Below, piece after piece: positions 1-39,288 of a stretch of DNA of 64,000 nt. Numbering within the stretch: position 1 is the first letter of the stretch; the number at the start of each line of letters is the position of its first letter. The notes beneath the pieces are model-generated. The model was not told the DNA's origin and searched no databases. It saw only the letters and a list, made by a program, of their open reading frames with translations. The DNA lies in the NCBI GenBank assembly GCA_020137815.1, contig CM035359.1:5394001-5458000 (forward strand), in the 5' to 3' direction. The stretch comes from Hormiphora californensis (taxonomy: Eukaryota > Animalia > Ctenophora). The position numbers and the translations under genes are program-made.

Positions 1-1497
1 TTCAGCGTATCGGGACCTCGACTATGGAACAAACTGCCAAGAGAATTGCGTGAATCAGAGACTCTAAAACGTTTTGAAGTGGATCTAAAGACGTTTTTGT
101 TCTGTAGGGCTTTTGGTGTGTAAGGAGCTGAAATGTCCATTGTGACAATAGGAATCCGTTGAATTTCTAGAGTTAGTAGAGGAGGTTGTTTGTGTGTCTG
201 GTGGTCAGTTGAATACTTATTATTTTGTGTGTTCTAGGAAGTGGAGATTTGGGAGTTGATTGGTTTCTTTTATGTGACGGATCCCCAGAACTCGGTAAAA
301 AAAGAGCCTGGGTTAAAAAATCAAAAAAGCAAAGAAAAAAAGAATAAAAAATCAACAAAAAAAATCAAAAAAAAATCAAAAAAAAATCAAAAAATCAAAA
401 AATCAAAAAATCAAAAAGAGGCAATAATAAAAAGTGTGTGTGTGTATGTTTGTGTGTACGTGTGTGTGTATGTTTGTATGTATGTGTGTGTTTGTTCTCT
501 TTCTCGAGCGGTTAAGGGAACAGGATCTTCACTTCATCTGGACCTTATTTGGCATGGTTCCCAAGAAGTTTCACTCTATCACGGCCATGGGCCAAACTGG
601 TAAACGGACTTTCACCCAGGTTGTATATTTTTGTATCATTGCTCGGCTTTTTACCTAGGTTTGGGTATAGTCCAATTTTCTACTCGAGTGGCGGGGTGCC
701 GGGCACTTAATTCTTTTCTCTGGTCTTGTCTTGGTGGTATGGGGCTTGATCCTGGTATCACTGGATAGGTCTCTGCCTTGTCGAGCGTCACTGGTTCAGC
801 CAGTTTCACATCTGTTTAGCGAGTTGGTGTGTGGCGACCTGTCGCTTGAGTGGGAAATTGGACTTTAGTTTGTATTTTGCTATCTTTGGATCCCTTGATC
901 CAAGAGTGTTTTATATCTTTCTGAACTGCATTTGCAGTTGTGGTTGCTCTTTCAATTTTCGTTTCATGTAGAAATCTATCAACTCTCTATTCACAGGATA
1001 TCACATCACAATGTTGCCAAAAGGGATTTGAAGTCTTATCGTTCACTATCATACTCTGCAAGACACGAGTAAACCATTTTTCAAGACCAAGCTCAACATT
1101 ACCTGATTAAGACCTCATCTTTTCCATGACGTGCACACCTTATTGAGACTGGTGTAGTAATTTTTTACGTTGAGATCTATGGTCTCTGTTGCGCTATATT
1201 TTTCTAGACTTTTGTATGATTCTATCTTGTGGATATTCAGTGTTCAGTTTATGCTGTTTTGATTAACTTATTAACTATTTATTAATTATATGTGACCGTT
1301 TATGCTGTTTTTTAATTAACTTATTAACTATGTATTTAATTATATGACAACGAGGACTTTCGGAAGGACATTGATACGAAGATGCGCTTTAGAAAGCGAG
1401 TTTTGATCGAAAGGACGCTTTAGTATAAGTCGATCGAGATAAACACTTTTCGCTCAAAAGCGATTTATAAATGTTAAATGTTATTGTTATTGTTATT
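1..1497 (+). mobile_element. 3' end of an L2/CR1-type LINE (ORF2 C-terminus, 3' UTR, short tandem tail)
   Basis: Frame +1, 1-123, reads FSVSGPRLWNKLPRELRESETLKRFEVDLKTFLFCRAFGV*. This is the LWNxLP...F...LKTxLF tail typical of L2/CR1 reverse transcriptases. The region ends with aagcgatttataaatg(ttattg)n at ~1458-1497. Continuity of the UTR in between is inferred. Confidence 0.75.
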
Positions 1498-2160
1498 TTA
1501 GTAAATCAACTTTTTTGGCAGCGTGCACCTGTAAACAGGCCTCCAAACGGAAAACGTTAAAATCTGGGTGCCTTTTATTGCTAACAATTCGTAGTTTTAG
1601 CGCGCGAGACGGGTTAGGGCTATCCGTTAGGGTCTGGTTAGGGTTTGGTTTGGGGTTATCGGTTAGGGCTATCGATTCTCTATCAGTTACCGTTTAGTTT
1701 ACTCAAATTGGCCATGTGGTTGCGTGGCTATAGCCGTTTGAAAAAAGTCGGTCTAAGTGTACTCTTTTGGTAGCGTGCACCTATAAACAGACTGCAAGGC
1801 ACCCATATTATAATCGCGCCCCCTCCAAACACCCAGATCGTAACGGCGCCCGTTAAAGTCTGTGTGTTTGGTGAGTGCTGCCAAAGGGGTTTTTAGATTT
1901 AGGGCTAAAGTAGGATTAGGGTTAGGGACTATGGTTGTGGTTAAACTTTGAATTAGCCAAAACGGTTGAGTGGTTTGGCGGTTAGAGCCATTTTAGTGAA
2001 TCAACTTTTTTGGGAGGCCACCAAACACCCAGATCGTAACGGCGCCCACAATTTTTGGGTGTTTCGAGGGGCTCCGTTACGTTACGTGACCAAAATTCAG
2101 TCCATCCGGTCTTACGGAAAATTCGGACGAATTTTGGAATTGGGCCTGAGCTGAGCCTCC
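1498..2160. repeat. Internally duplicated repeat with degenerate GGGTTA-like tracts
   Basis: Blocks recur: agcgtgcacct.taaacag (~1520, ~1773), aaacacccagatcgtaacggcgccc (~1828, ~2023) and ttttagt.aatcaactttttt (~1496, ~1991). Irregular ggttaggg tracts lie at 1610-1670 and 1895-1945. Confidence 0.4.
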
Positions 2161-3066
2161 TTTAGATGCAGATTGGGCATTGGTTAAAAAGCGCTGCCTT
2201 ATCCCGCGCTGCCAGCAACGTTCGCCAAGGGCATTGGCATCCTAGCAGACATCTCCACGAAGTCTGGAGTTCCAACTCCGAAATTTCAAAACACCTCGGC
2301 GAAATTTTTGTCGAGTGCCCGCTTAGCTCTCCATATGGGGTTGTAGGGCATGCCAAGCCGACCTCAAATATGCAATTTTAGCCTTTAACTCGAATTCATA
2401 TTAAAACCGGTTTTAAGGTCCCTACATTTTATTTTTAGGGCTAGAAAGCTGAAAATTTGGGAATTTGAAAATGCACGAGAAACTAAAACCTCTCCCTTTG
2501 GTCGGGTTTGATACCAATATATACCACCCTCCCTGCTTCGCAAGTCGGGCAGTATTATTTGCTTACTAAGATGGTGTAGCGAACCACCCTGCCGGCTGAC
2601 CCCCTACATATGAACCCGGTTTTATTGATTAAATGATCATATAAACTCTTATTGGCATATTATGATGATTACCGAATATCTAAGTTAGTCCCTTATGATT
2701 GTTCATTTGTGTGTGACCTGTGTGTATACTGTGTCAGTCTGTGAGATTTTGATGACCGTTTTGGTCTCGTGTGTATTTGTGTGCACTGTTTATGTGTTTA
2801 CTTACCTAGTTCAAGTCTACAAAGAGGGGCGTCCTTGTTCCACTCTCCGTTGGAATTACAAGTCCTCTCGCGGCTACCATCTCGCACGTGCTTCTTCTGA
2901 CATTCAATGGTCACCGTCTGTCCAGGATCAGTATCGTTCCAACTTCCTTGCACTGCTCCGTCCACGGTAAACCCAGGGCACGCTGATGAATAAAAATGCT
3001 ATTATTTTTTTGAGAAGCAGCTGATCTATTTTGTTACAAATACAATTCTCCTGAAATTGGGGTTGA

Positions 3067-4091
3067 TTATAACACTCCTTTATTACCTGGTTTTGCACGG
3101 TAGCTGTCAGAAGCCTGGTCATTAAGAAATTTTATCTTTTCCACTACATCTCCTCCCCATGCTGATGCACATTTAGTAAATTTACTGCCATCGAACTGGT
3201 AATTCAGTACCTCCACCCCGTTGCACTCTATATTAAAGGCCGTAGCCGTCTTTCGAATTGTCCAAATCTTGTCCACTTCCTCTGGTGGTTGTACTGGGAG
3301 GGAGGTCCAGTTGGCACAGTTGCTGATAATGTATTGGATAGATGACGTAAACCTCACAAACAATCCTCCAATCCAAATTTCAGCTCCAGAGTATGTTACT
3401 ATCCGCATTCCCTCGTTACTCCCAGCAATCGAGTTGGTTTTGATTTGAAGAGAGGTGCCCTCCAGATCAAATCGGATAGTAACACCACGTTGTATTGGAC
3501 TCCATGATGTAACTGAAATGTGATGAATGATCACGCCCTGATTATGCCAGCATGAATACCCTAAATCTAATTTAAGCAATTATTGATCATCTTGCCCAAA
3601 GGGGGGGGGGGGGGGGTAAGGCCAAAGAGAGCCAAACCCGCCCTGAAATCCGAGATTGATCTGGCTTTTTATGATCTGGCCTTTTTTTACCTTTTTTGAT
3701 CTGGCTTTCTTTGATCTGACTTTTTCAGCCTTTTTGGCCTTTTTCCCGAAAATTTCTGCATCTGGCTTTTTTGATCTGCCTTTATTTGATCTGTTTTTTT
3801 GATCTGCCTTTATTTGATCTGGTTTTTTTGATCTAGCTTTTTTTAGAACTTTTTTACCTACATGTGTATAAATTTAGGGCCAAAAAAAGCCAAACCCACC
3901 CTGGAATGCGATGATATCTAACCAACATTCTTGAAATATTGCAAACAATAAAACAATCATGGGGGAACAATAATTTTCCCTTACCCTACTTTACAATCTA
4001 TGTAGTGGCGATGAATAACAATAGTCTCACCTTCTGCAGTTGCAAGAGCCATCATGGATGGCAACAGAATTAAACACAGAAAAAGCCACAT
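3067..4091 (-). CDS. Small secreted protein, signal peptide plus one ctenophore-type ~140-aa beta-rich domain
   Basis: Exon 1 4091-4031 is MWLFLCLILLPSMMALATAE (signal peptide, donor G|gtgag). Exon 2 starts at 3512 after catttcag, phase-compatible, and reads VTSWSPIQRGV...DLEGTSLQIKTNS...LPVQPPEEVDKIWTIRKT...CNGVEVLNYQF...WGGDVVEKIKF. It ends at stop 3067, or splices at 3087 to a short last exon. I recall this domain from expanded ctenophore protein families (not searched). Confidence 0.8.
3655..3850. repeat. Degenerate gatctggcttttt short-motif array
   Basis: About 10 copies of gatctg(g/c)ctttt inside the intron; the same motif recurs at ~47475-47640. Confidence 0.6.
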
Positions 4092-4266
4092 TTTGGCTAT
4101 TCGGATAGGCTAGGACAAACACAACGATGTCTTTGAATTGAAGACTGGAGAGGCATGATACTTTGAAATAGACCAGATGACTCTCTTCCTTTAATTCTCT
4201 CCATGTCTCTTACTCCTATCTCCCGTACGTGTGTAAAAATGTTTGAAAGACTCTCTGCCTTATTTT

Positions 4267-4312
<46 letters not shown>

Positions 4313-4344
4313 CTCAACTAATGGTGTTGTCTTCTAGGCATCAG

Positions 4345-4640
4345 TTGCCCCTCCCTCTAGAGTCTAGAGGGAGGGGCTCTAAAGTCTAAGCTCTGTCTGT
4401 CTGTCTGCTTAGCTGTCTGTCTGCTTGTCTGTCTATCTGTCCGTCTGTCTTTTGCTCCCAGCTCACTCCCTCTCTCAAAATTTACGGACTTCTGTTCATG
4501 GAAAAACTTGTCCAGATCGCATTACTAAAAAACAGGATACAATATTATCTAGCATGGTTCCAGATCTCGTAGAGCCCTAAAATTTGACACAGTTACTCTA
4601 AGTGACAAATAAATTTAGGTTCCACAACCATGCAAGGCCC
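4345..4640. mobile_element. Helentron/DINE-1-like non-autonomous fragment
   Basis: Stem-loop ccctccctctaga-g-tctagagggaggg (~4349-4376), then a (TCTG)n microsatellite, then an aaatttgacaca core. This matches the DINE/HINE layout. Confidence 0.4.
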
Positions 4641-4770
4641 CGGATGATGTAGGAATAATAAACTGCATTGCAACCAACTCTTAACTGACAATCTGATTCG
4701 TGAGCATTATTGACTTGCAGGAACCGTCGTCCGTCAGCTCCCATCCCAATATAATCCTTTATTTAGCGGG

Positions 4771-31968
<27,198 letters not shown>

Positions 31969-32986
31969 GAGGAATGTAACCCTCACATGGTGTGTCCTAC
32001 TCAGCTACAACAAAGAAGATGCTTCTGAAATCTGAAATATAACAGAACACTGTATAAACACGGAATACATATGCGGCGAAAATGATGGCGTGAAAAACGG
32101 AGACAGACAGAGAGGGAGAGAAAGGGAGAAAGATAGAGAGACTGTTTGATATTTAAACGGTGTGCTTGAGTGTTTATCCGTCTATATCACAGTGTAAATT
32201 ATTGTCTGTATCAGTGTTTGTGTGCGACTGAGTGTTTGTGAGTGAGTGTGTCTGTGTGTGTGACAACAAAATATATATATATTTCCAGTGTGTAGGGAGA
32301 GAGTTTGTTATGTTCTAACCCGCCCGAAACACAGTCTAGCCAGGCAAGGGTGGTATTCTTTCTTCATCAAGAAAAACAGAGCACATATAATGACACTCAG
32401 TGGTACTTTACTGTCTAGAGTCACTCTACAGTAACTGTCCACGTGTGTTGAGACTTGAGAGAGAGAGTGTTACAGTTTGTGTGTTTATCGTACGAGAATC
32501 TCACGTGCTTTTGCGTTTTGATATCGATGCACAATGGTCGACAGCATTCCTTTCACCGGGGGTGTGTTTTGTTGAGTAAGGTGAACAAGGTGTGTTTGTG
32601 TGTGTGTGTGTGTATGCATAGAATGATTTTACGTCATTATTATCATGATTATGATTGCTGAAAGTGGAAGAGTGAAACTACGCAATGTGTAATTCTTCAA
32701 CTTTGAAGTTTCAAAACTTAAATGCTTTTAGTTATTGTGTCCCCATTAGGTGAAAAGGTCAATGACATCAAGGAGCTGATATTGAAATGTTTGGAATTTG
32801 GATGCTATTTATTCGATAGTGTCAAAACAGCCTGCGCGAAATAATATGATATTCGTTGCATTTGAGCTCGGCGCGGGGTTGAACAAAACAAGGCGCGCGG
32901 ATTTTTTTACTTCATTTTGAAAAATATCGCGTTTTTCAAAAGTAACTTTTTTTTTAACAAAGTTAAACTCTTTGGCGCTGCCTTTT

Positions 32987-33274
32987 ATAGGGATCCCTAA
33001 AAAAGTTCAGTATTTACACAGCGTTTACACAGTCTTTACACAGTCGTTACACCCAGAGCGGCGCGTGCTGCGTTTTGCGGCTTTTTTCAAGAAAATATTG
33101 GATTGTGTGCTGCACAATTGAGTAAATTGAGCGCCGCGGCGAAAAAAGTTTCCGAAAACGCTGCAAATCGAGTGCAAAAGACGCAGTCGTTACACCCAGA
33201 GCGGCGCGGGGCGCTCTGGGTGTAAAGACTGTGTAAACTCTGTGTAAATACTGAACTTTTTTAGGGATCCCTAT
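32987..33274. mobile_element. MITE-like inverted repeat just upstream of the SDR gene
   Basis: atagggatccctaaaaaagttcagtatttacacag ... ctgtgtaaatactgaacttttttagggatccctat; no clear TSD. Confidence 0.7.
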
Positions 33275-33377
33275 GGCTTATTCCGCGTTGTCGGGGGCCA
33301 GCAGCGTTTGCCAAGTTATGTTGAGTCTCTTTTTAGAGAATAATTAATAAACATCGCACCTTCCTAACAGCTAGATC

Positions 33378-36077
33378 ATGGATGCTACTTTCCTCCTGAC
33401 ACGTCCTGTTTTATCGTCATTGCTACTCGTGTTATCCACAATCCTACTACTAATCCTCAAATTGACTGTATTTTACAAACCAAAATCATTGTCTGGTTTA
33501 ATTTGCTTGATCACTGGTGGTGCTGGGGAGATAGGCGAGCTGGTAAGTTCCCAACAAGTTTCAATAGATGTCATTGCTGACAATTTAATACGCAAGGTTT
33601 TAATCATTTCCATTGTTTTAGTTGACGGTGCGTCTAATACAGAGGGGCGTGAAGGTAGTTGTATGGGATAACAATAAACAGAGAATAGAAGCAATGAGGG
33701 AACGGCTTCAATCCGATCTTGTTCACTACTAGTAAGATATATTTGTGTTTTATAGAACACACATAGTTATGCTACAATCTAAGTTTTAATTGTTATGTTC
33801 TAACCCTCATTTACATTTGCACAGAAAGAGGGTATAGAGCTAGGCAAAGTTATAACGTACTATCAGTACTCGTTATTAAGTAAGTTGTAACGTACTGTTT
33901 CAGTGAGGTTGATGTGTCGTTATGGTGTGAAGTGGAAAAGGCAGGGGATGTACTGCTAACTGACTTTGGCAAACTTGATATCCTCATTAATAATGCAGGT
34001 TAGCAATTTATATTCAAAATCGATCATTTTCCTTTCTTTTTGCCTCCCCCTCTCTATCTTTATCTCCCTCTTTACTTTATCCCCCTATCTCTCCCCCTCT
34101 CCCTCTCTCTCTCTCTCCCCCTCCATCTCTCCCTATTTCTCTCCCCTCCCCTCTCTATTCCCCATCGCTCTCTCCTTTTAGTGTTGGCTAACCCGTACGA
34201 TATAGAGGAGTCTAGTCAAGAGGAGCTATCTCAGGCAATGAATGTCAATTTAATGTCTCATTTTTGGACTATTAAAAAGTTCCTTCCCTCCCTCCGGACC
34301 AGCCAAAAACACAACGGTATGTTCATTATTTTGGCATCACAACGAGAAAGAGAGATATATCCCGATCACTGATCAGGATCTATCTCTTGTTCGTGTTCAA
34401 ACATAAATCATGGTAGGAATCCTCCCAGGCGAGGGTGGTGGGTTTGGGGTAGCCTAGTTCATGATGTACAATTGTACTTAGGTTTCCATAGGATGGCTTG
34501 GGTATGTGGTTGTTTCTAAGCATTTTAGAAATCAGATTCTCTTTCTCGGTGTCTCGTATAAAGCGTTGTCGATTTAACTACACATTAACTTACCACTGAT
34601 TTAATCGACAAGGTTTTCTACGGAACGAGAAGAGAATTTGAATTCTTAATCGCTTAGTTAATCTTCCTCTTTGAATCGGGAGACATGAGTGGCTAAAGGT
34701 TTCCTGTAAAGGTTTGGTAACCAAGTGGTTGAGTCCCGAGGGTTCTAAATAGCAACCCATTTTTACGGGGTAACTATTGTCTCGGTAGAAATGGCGGCTT
34801 TCACCTATTTAAGAGAGAGGAGAGCGAGACAAGGACTGTGCCCAACTGGTGTATGTGAGAGAAAGATATACAAATAGGAGAGAGGGTATTTTGGAAAAGT
34901 GGTGCCCAAGATGTAGTAGGCAGGGAATAGATGATGGTAGCGGATGGAATTATCAATTATGATTTGATGTCGTTGTACATGAGTATAACCTGCCTATTCC
35001 AATACCCACCACATCAATGTCGAGATTTCATGGCCCCATCTTACGGCCCCATATTATGACCTTGGGTATGATATCCCCCTTCTTCTATCCTCCTGCGCTG
35101 TCTCTCTCATGTTATCGCGTGCTGGTTTAGTAAAGAGAGGGTACACTGTACCCCCCCCCCCCCCATATTATGGCCTCATATTACAGGGCCCATAAAGTCT
35201 TTATTGGGAAGTCACACCATTTCCATTTCCATACCACTCTTTGTATTGATGATAATCCCTTTTGTGTTTCAGGTTTTAGTGGAACGATAGTAGGGATGTC
35301 TTCAGTTCTCGGTAAGCTATGATTCCTTCAATCAACCAAGCAATAACTCTTGTAGTTAACTAAATGAATCAACAAATAAAACCATTTAGTTACTAAATGA
35401 ATCAATAATTAAGATCGTGTAGTTAACACGTAGACGACGCCTCCCACCGAGATTGCTCAACTAGTCAACTGGTTACCCAAGAGCGAATAACAAAGGGAAA
35501 TGATGCAAATGGTTACGCCATTTGAATCGTTTCCCTTTGTGATCTTGTAGTCAACTGAATATTATAACTTCCCAGGTAGTGTAGGAACGGGTGGTTTACA
35601 GACCTACTGTACAAGTAAAGCTGGAATAATCGGTAAGCCCCGTATTTCGATTCACCCGCCACTTGACCTTCGGGCTCTCATTGAGAACAAATAATAAGAC
35701 TTCTTGCTGTCTCCCTGTATCTGAATTTCTCTTCTTTCTGTCTCCCTGTATACAGGAAATGAGGAATTCAGATACATACAGCTGCATGTATTTGAATTTC
35801 CTCTTCTTTTGCTGTCAGACAACCCTCTCCCTCATTATCACATGCAAGTACAGTAGACACCCCACGGGCACCTTCATCACCTTCCACCCCATTGGTATGT
35901 CTGGGATTTCGGTAAATGGTAAATCTTTAGTAACCCTTACTGAACAACTTAGTAGGGGTTTAGTCTGGGGTTATCGTTTCCCACATTATAATAGGGGTTG
36001 TCAATTAATGACAGTTAAGGCTTCTCAATCCCAAATCTGAGCATATATCTATTCTCTCTATCACTCTCTTTCTCTCC

Positions 36078-36175
<98 letters not shown>

Positions 36176-36717
36176 ATTTGCCCAAAAATCTATCAATATT
36201 TTATGACTTCTTTATTATCTCTATAGCTCTCTTTCCTATTTCTCTTTCGCTCTCACTGTTGTCTCATACAACGAATCAGAACGTGTCAAACGAAATAAAA
36301 TTGATAAGATGACAGTGAACCCTTATATGTCTGAATAAACCTATTTACTTTTGATTAGCCCCCTTTCAATAGTGAAACCAATAACCATTAATATTGCAAA
36401 CCAATTATCTTATCTCTCCATCTAATAACTTGTACCGTCCTGATACTATTGTTCACAGGGGACAGCCTGACCAAGAACTGCATTTTACACAAATCGCCCT
36501 ACATCTCCCCATAAAGACCCCTTGTTATAACTTATAACCCCCATAATTTGCCTCTCTCGCCGTCGCGGGGCACGGCGAGAGAGAGGGTTGAAAACGGCAA
36601 AAGATGTGAAACAAGCTCATTCCTCCAGGGTTAATGGAGTCTCTGTACATGCAGCATCCGGATCTACATTGGTGTATTGTGACGCCCTTCCTTATTGATA
36701 CGGCACTATTTCGAGGT

Positions 36718-36784
<67 letters not shown>

Positions 36785-38754
36785 AGGGGGGGTGAGGTTT
36801 ACATTTAACTTCTTAATTGTGTTCAAACCATACCTTTACCGGACGCGGTGAGAGAGGGTCGAACATTTATAAAGACCCTCTCTCTCTCTCTCTCTCCGAT
36901 ACAACCATTTAACTAGTTTTTTAGTACTTTTCGCGAAAAAGTGCCCAATAACGTTGAAGACCAGAGCGACTGACCTAACTATTACACCATGTAACCACTA
37001 GTACACCATGTAACTACTTCCCCATCCCCCAGGTATGAAGCATCGTTTCATGAACTTTGTTTATCCCATCCTACACAAGGAATATGTGGCCGATAAGATT
37101 GTCCGGGCAATAGAACGCCAACAAACCTATCTTTCCATTCCCTGGGCTTGGAACTATATGTTTACTGTGGTCAAGAATGTCCTGCCTCTAAGTGTAAGTA
37201 CGACCACAAACATATAATGTAACATATTCCCACGTGCAGCAGCTGGAGCAACTCCTATTTGTGCAGCGATAATAATTAGCACCCCACCACGTACTGTACG
37301 TGTAACACAGCTGCATCAAACTTTCTCAGCAATTATATATCACAAAGTTTTATATTTCTATCTCTGAGGTCATTAGTCAGGCCGAAGACATAACATAGCA
37401 TATGTTGTAGAGAAAAAGAAGGGGGGGGGGGTATTAAATAGGCTAGGTATATAGTTGTTGTGACGATCTCTGTACATATTATTGTACACTGAGAACCTGC
37501 ATATATGTGTGGTCTGAGCCAATCATATATTAGTTTCGGTGTGTTAGGATTGGTTGCAGTAATCTAGAATCTAGTTACTAGTAAATACTGAATAGTAGTG
37601 GGTAGGAAATGGTACCGCGTGACAGAAATTAGGCATGGGGGCATGGACGTAGCGCGCGGCGACCGCCAAATTATGCAAACTTGCCGTAGTTCTTGCATCT
37701 CTTGCTCATCGAGCGGCGCGCGCACACTTGCCCGTGGGAAAAACTCAATTTCATCAAATTTGAAGCATCTTTTTTTTTTCTTAGCATCATTGCCATTATT
37801 TCAGCAGCTAACAAACGCTTGCCTTGTTCGACAAAACAAACAAACGCTATTTCTTTGTTTTACACATCATTGTATTGTGCTTCATTTTCTTTTGCAGCGA
37901 CACTCTCTTTAATTCACCCACTACATACTTCAACTTGCTACCCACTACATACTTCAACTTGCTACCCACTACATAATTCAACTTGCTATAACAGCTGCTA
38001 GTCTTTGTTTCGCAGCAGCTAAAATCAGTGTTTAAACCAGCAGCTCAGCAGCTACACTGTATGTGATTTCAGGCTATTCGACTAATTGAAGACATCTTTG
38101 GAGTGAGAATGTGCTATCTCGCACATAACATGCGACATCAAGGGTTTGCTGTGTTTGTGTGTCAATGTGTTTGTGTGTCAATGTGTGTTTGTGTGTCAAT
38201 GTGTTTGTGTGTCAATGTGGTTGTGCGTCAATGTGTTTGTGTGTCAATGTGTTTGTGCGTCAATGTGTTTGTGTGTCAATGTGTTTGTGTGTCAATGTGT
38301 TTGTGTGTCTATGTGTTTGTGTGTCAATGTGTTTGTGTGTCAATGTGTTTGTGTGTCAATGTGTTTGTGTGTCAATGTGTGCGTGTGTCAATGTGTTTGT
38401 GCGCATGTCAATGTAAATGGGCAATTACAATTCATGACGGTGGTCATAAAGCAAACAATCGGTGTTTGCTTTTTGAGGTCCACCAACTATGAATGTTATG
38501 GGCTTGCTGGCGATTTTAATGTGAGTGCGAGTGAGATGGATTGATTTATTTGTTCTATGTGTATATGCGATTTTTGCCCCAATTTTTCTCTGTTCAATTT
38601 CTTTATCTTACTGCTATATTATATCCCCTTTTTCATGGATTATAAGCCCCTAACTAAACCAAAATTTCAGGTCATGAAGCTAGTTCAAGATTTCTTTGCC
38701 GTTCCCCACTCCTTCAGGCTTATTCACCGGAGAGAGTCACGTGTATCTTCCTAG
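33378..38754 (+). CDS. Short-chain dehydrogenase/reductase, SDR16C-like (retinol dehydrogenase / 17-beta-HSD11-like)
   Basis: Exons 33378-33542 (N-terminal [10 protein letters not shown]), 33622-33731 (VVVWD), 33904-33998 ([11 protein letters not shown]), 34182-34316 ([17 protein letters not shown]), 35273-35311 ([10 protein letters not shown]), 35576-35632 (YCTSK catalytic), 36629-36715 (PFLIDTALF), 37033-37193, 38671-38754. All junctions are GT-AG and phase-compatible. Confidence 0.92.
38150..38412. repeat. 16-bp minisatellite (gtgtcaatgtgtttgt)n
   Basis: Direct reading; lies in the last SDR intron. A 24-bp x3 repeat (acccactacatacttcaacttgct) is nearby at ~37916-37987. Confidence 0.9.
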
Positions 38755-39288
38755 GAGCATATATTTGAAAAGCCAGTGGACTCTAGGTTTACTCTTTACA
38801 GGAGGACTGCAGACGTAGATTCCGTAACCCATACGACAAGTTGAATGCCCCATGTAAGAGCATCCAGAGAAAATCCCGCATTAGCATTGACAATGACTAT
38901 CTTATCATATCTGAGCGAAAAACTTCCTGATGATTTATAGTATAATACGAACTCATTTGCTATATCAAAATGTTTAATGTTAATAATCAATGTATGTGTC
39001 AATCATATTTATTTCATTTAATCAATTTAACCAACTTGTTCTGCTCAACACAGTGAAAAAAGACATTCCAACTCCAATTGGTAGCAGCTGAATGAATTGA
39101 TTGTCCCATGCCCTACAAGCTACATTCTACAATTCAATACCTCATCTGAACTTCCACACCTCATTACTGCAAACCATAAAGAAAGCTCAATTAATGTCGA
39201 GTAAGTAAACAACAAAATCTCTTCATTAACTCAAATCTCAATGCCGAGTAACAATATTATCATAATCATTGATAAATCACTCCATATA

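Noticed and set aside
1605-1945. Interstitial telomere
   Set aside because: Only scattered, degenerate GGGTTA units inside a duplicated repeat; no pure array.
38103-38544. Metallothionein-like Cys/Val-rich ORFs
   Set aside because: All three frames are translations of a 16-bp GT-rich intronic minisatellite.
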